Part shown: positions 63,689-64,000 of the stretch, one piece after another
Layout of the letters: every line of letters begins with the position of its first letter
Numbering within the stretch: the first letter of the stretch is position 1
Origin: an uncultured Planctomycetaceae bacterium
GTDB lineage: Bacteria > Planctomycetota > Planctomycetia > Planctomycetales > Planctomycetaceae
Direction: 5' to 3'
Assembly: GCA_963813715.1 (NCBI GenBank)
Contig: CAWFAK010000017.1
Span: 480,001-544,000, forward strand
Length of the DNA: 64,000 nucleotides
Made by a program: the position numbers and the translations under genes
Notes under the pieces: generated by a model
Database searches by the model: none
What the model saw: only the letters and a program-made list of their open reading frames with translations
What the model was told of the DNA's origin: nothing

Positions 63689-64000
63689 ATGACGTTGAAC
63701 TTGCTCGCGCGACGGGTGGCACTCTGCGGATTGCTGGTTTCGGTGGCGTCGGTCGCGGCTCGGGCCGAGGATGCGGCCGACCTGGTTCAAAAGGGGTTCT
63801 ACCTGCAGGTTCACGAGGGGGACCTGGCCGGGGCGGCCGCGGCTTTTGAGCGGGTCGCGTCCGATTCGGCCGCGCCGGCGGGGCTGCGACACGAGGCCGA
63901 GACCCGGCTGGCCCAGTGTCGCGAAGATTTGGCTGCGGCCGATTTGGCCCGGCTGATGCCGTCGGACGCGATCGCCTATCTCGAACTCAACCGGCCGGGC
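63689..64000 (+). CDS. Exported hypothetical protein (TPR-like start), runs off the right window edge
   Basis: GGAGG RBS; MTLNLLARRVALCGLLVSVASVAARA signal; KGFYLQVHEGDLAGAAAAF. Confidence 0.7.
   Translation, partial: MTLNLLARRVALCGLLVSVASVAARAEDAADLVQKGFYLQVHEGDLAGAAAAFERVASDSAAPAGLRHEAETRLAQCREDLAAADLARLMPSDAIAYLELNRPG

Overview
A 64-kb, GC-rich chromosomal segment, almost certainly from a planctomycete (DUF1549/DUF1553 plus DUF1501 pair, PQQ-propeller protein, LEDRxLL export motif, REP-like palindromes). About 20 single-base frameshifts, several in low-complexity runs, interrupt otherwise intact genes. These look like long-read indel errors, so split ORFs were joined by eye. Content: ccsA, a receiver-less sigma-54 activator, a HEAT protein, a compact ethanolamine-type operon (ACT-family permease, eutA, fused eutBC), a Tat phospholipase C, several small VOC/DinB/EVE genes, two orphan immunity-like genes, a 1492-aa PqaA-hydrolase/Ig-repeat surface protein, a Ser/Thr kinase fused to a periplasmic binding protein, a divergent UvrA coupled to an apparently inactive nucleotidyltransferase, a carbamoyltransferase and tmRNA. 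Best leads: (1) fused EutBC in which the substrate-binding Asp362 position is Ala and a new Asp appears at the Gly393 position; (2) the dead-NTase/UvrA gene pair; (3) two strand-biased GGGAC arrays with G-quadruplex motifs around the carbamoyltransferase and GNAT genes; (4) integrase-less cassettes stacked at the tmRNA 3' end; (5) an 8-bp-period operator at a putative ribbon-helix-helix gene. All family calls come from motif recognition, not database searches.
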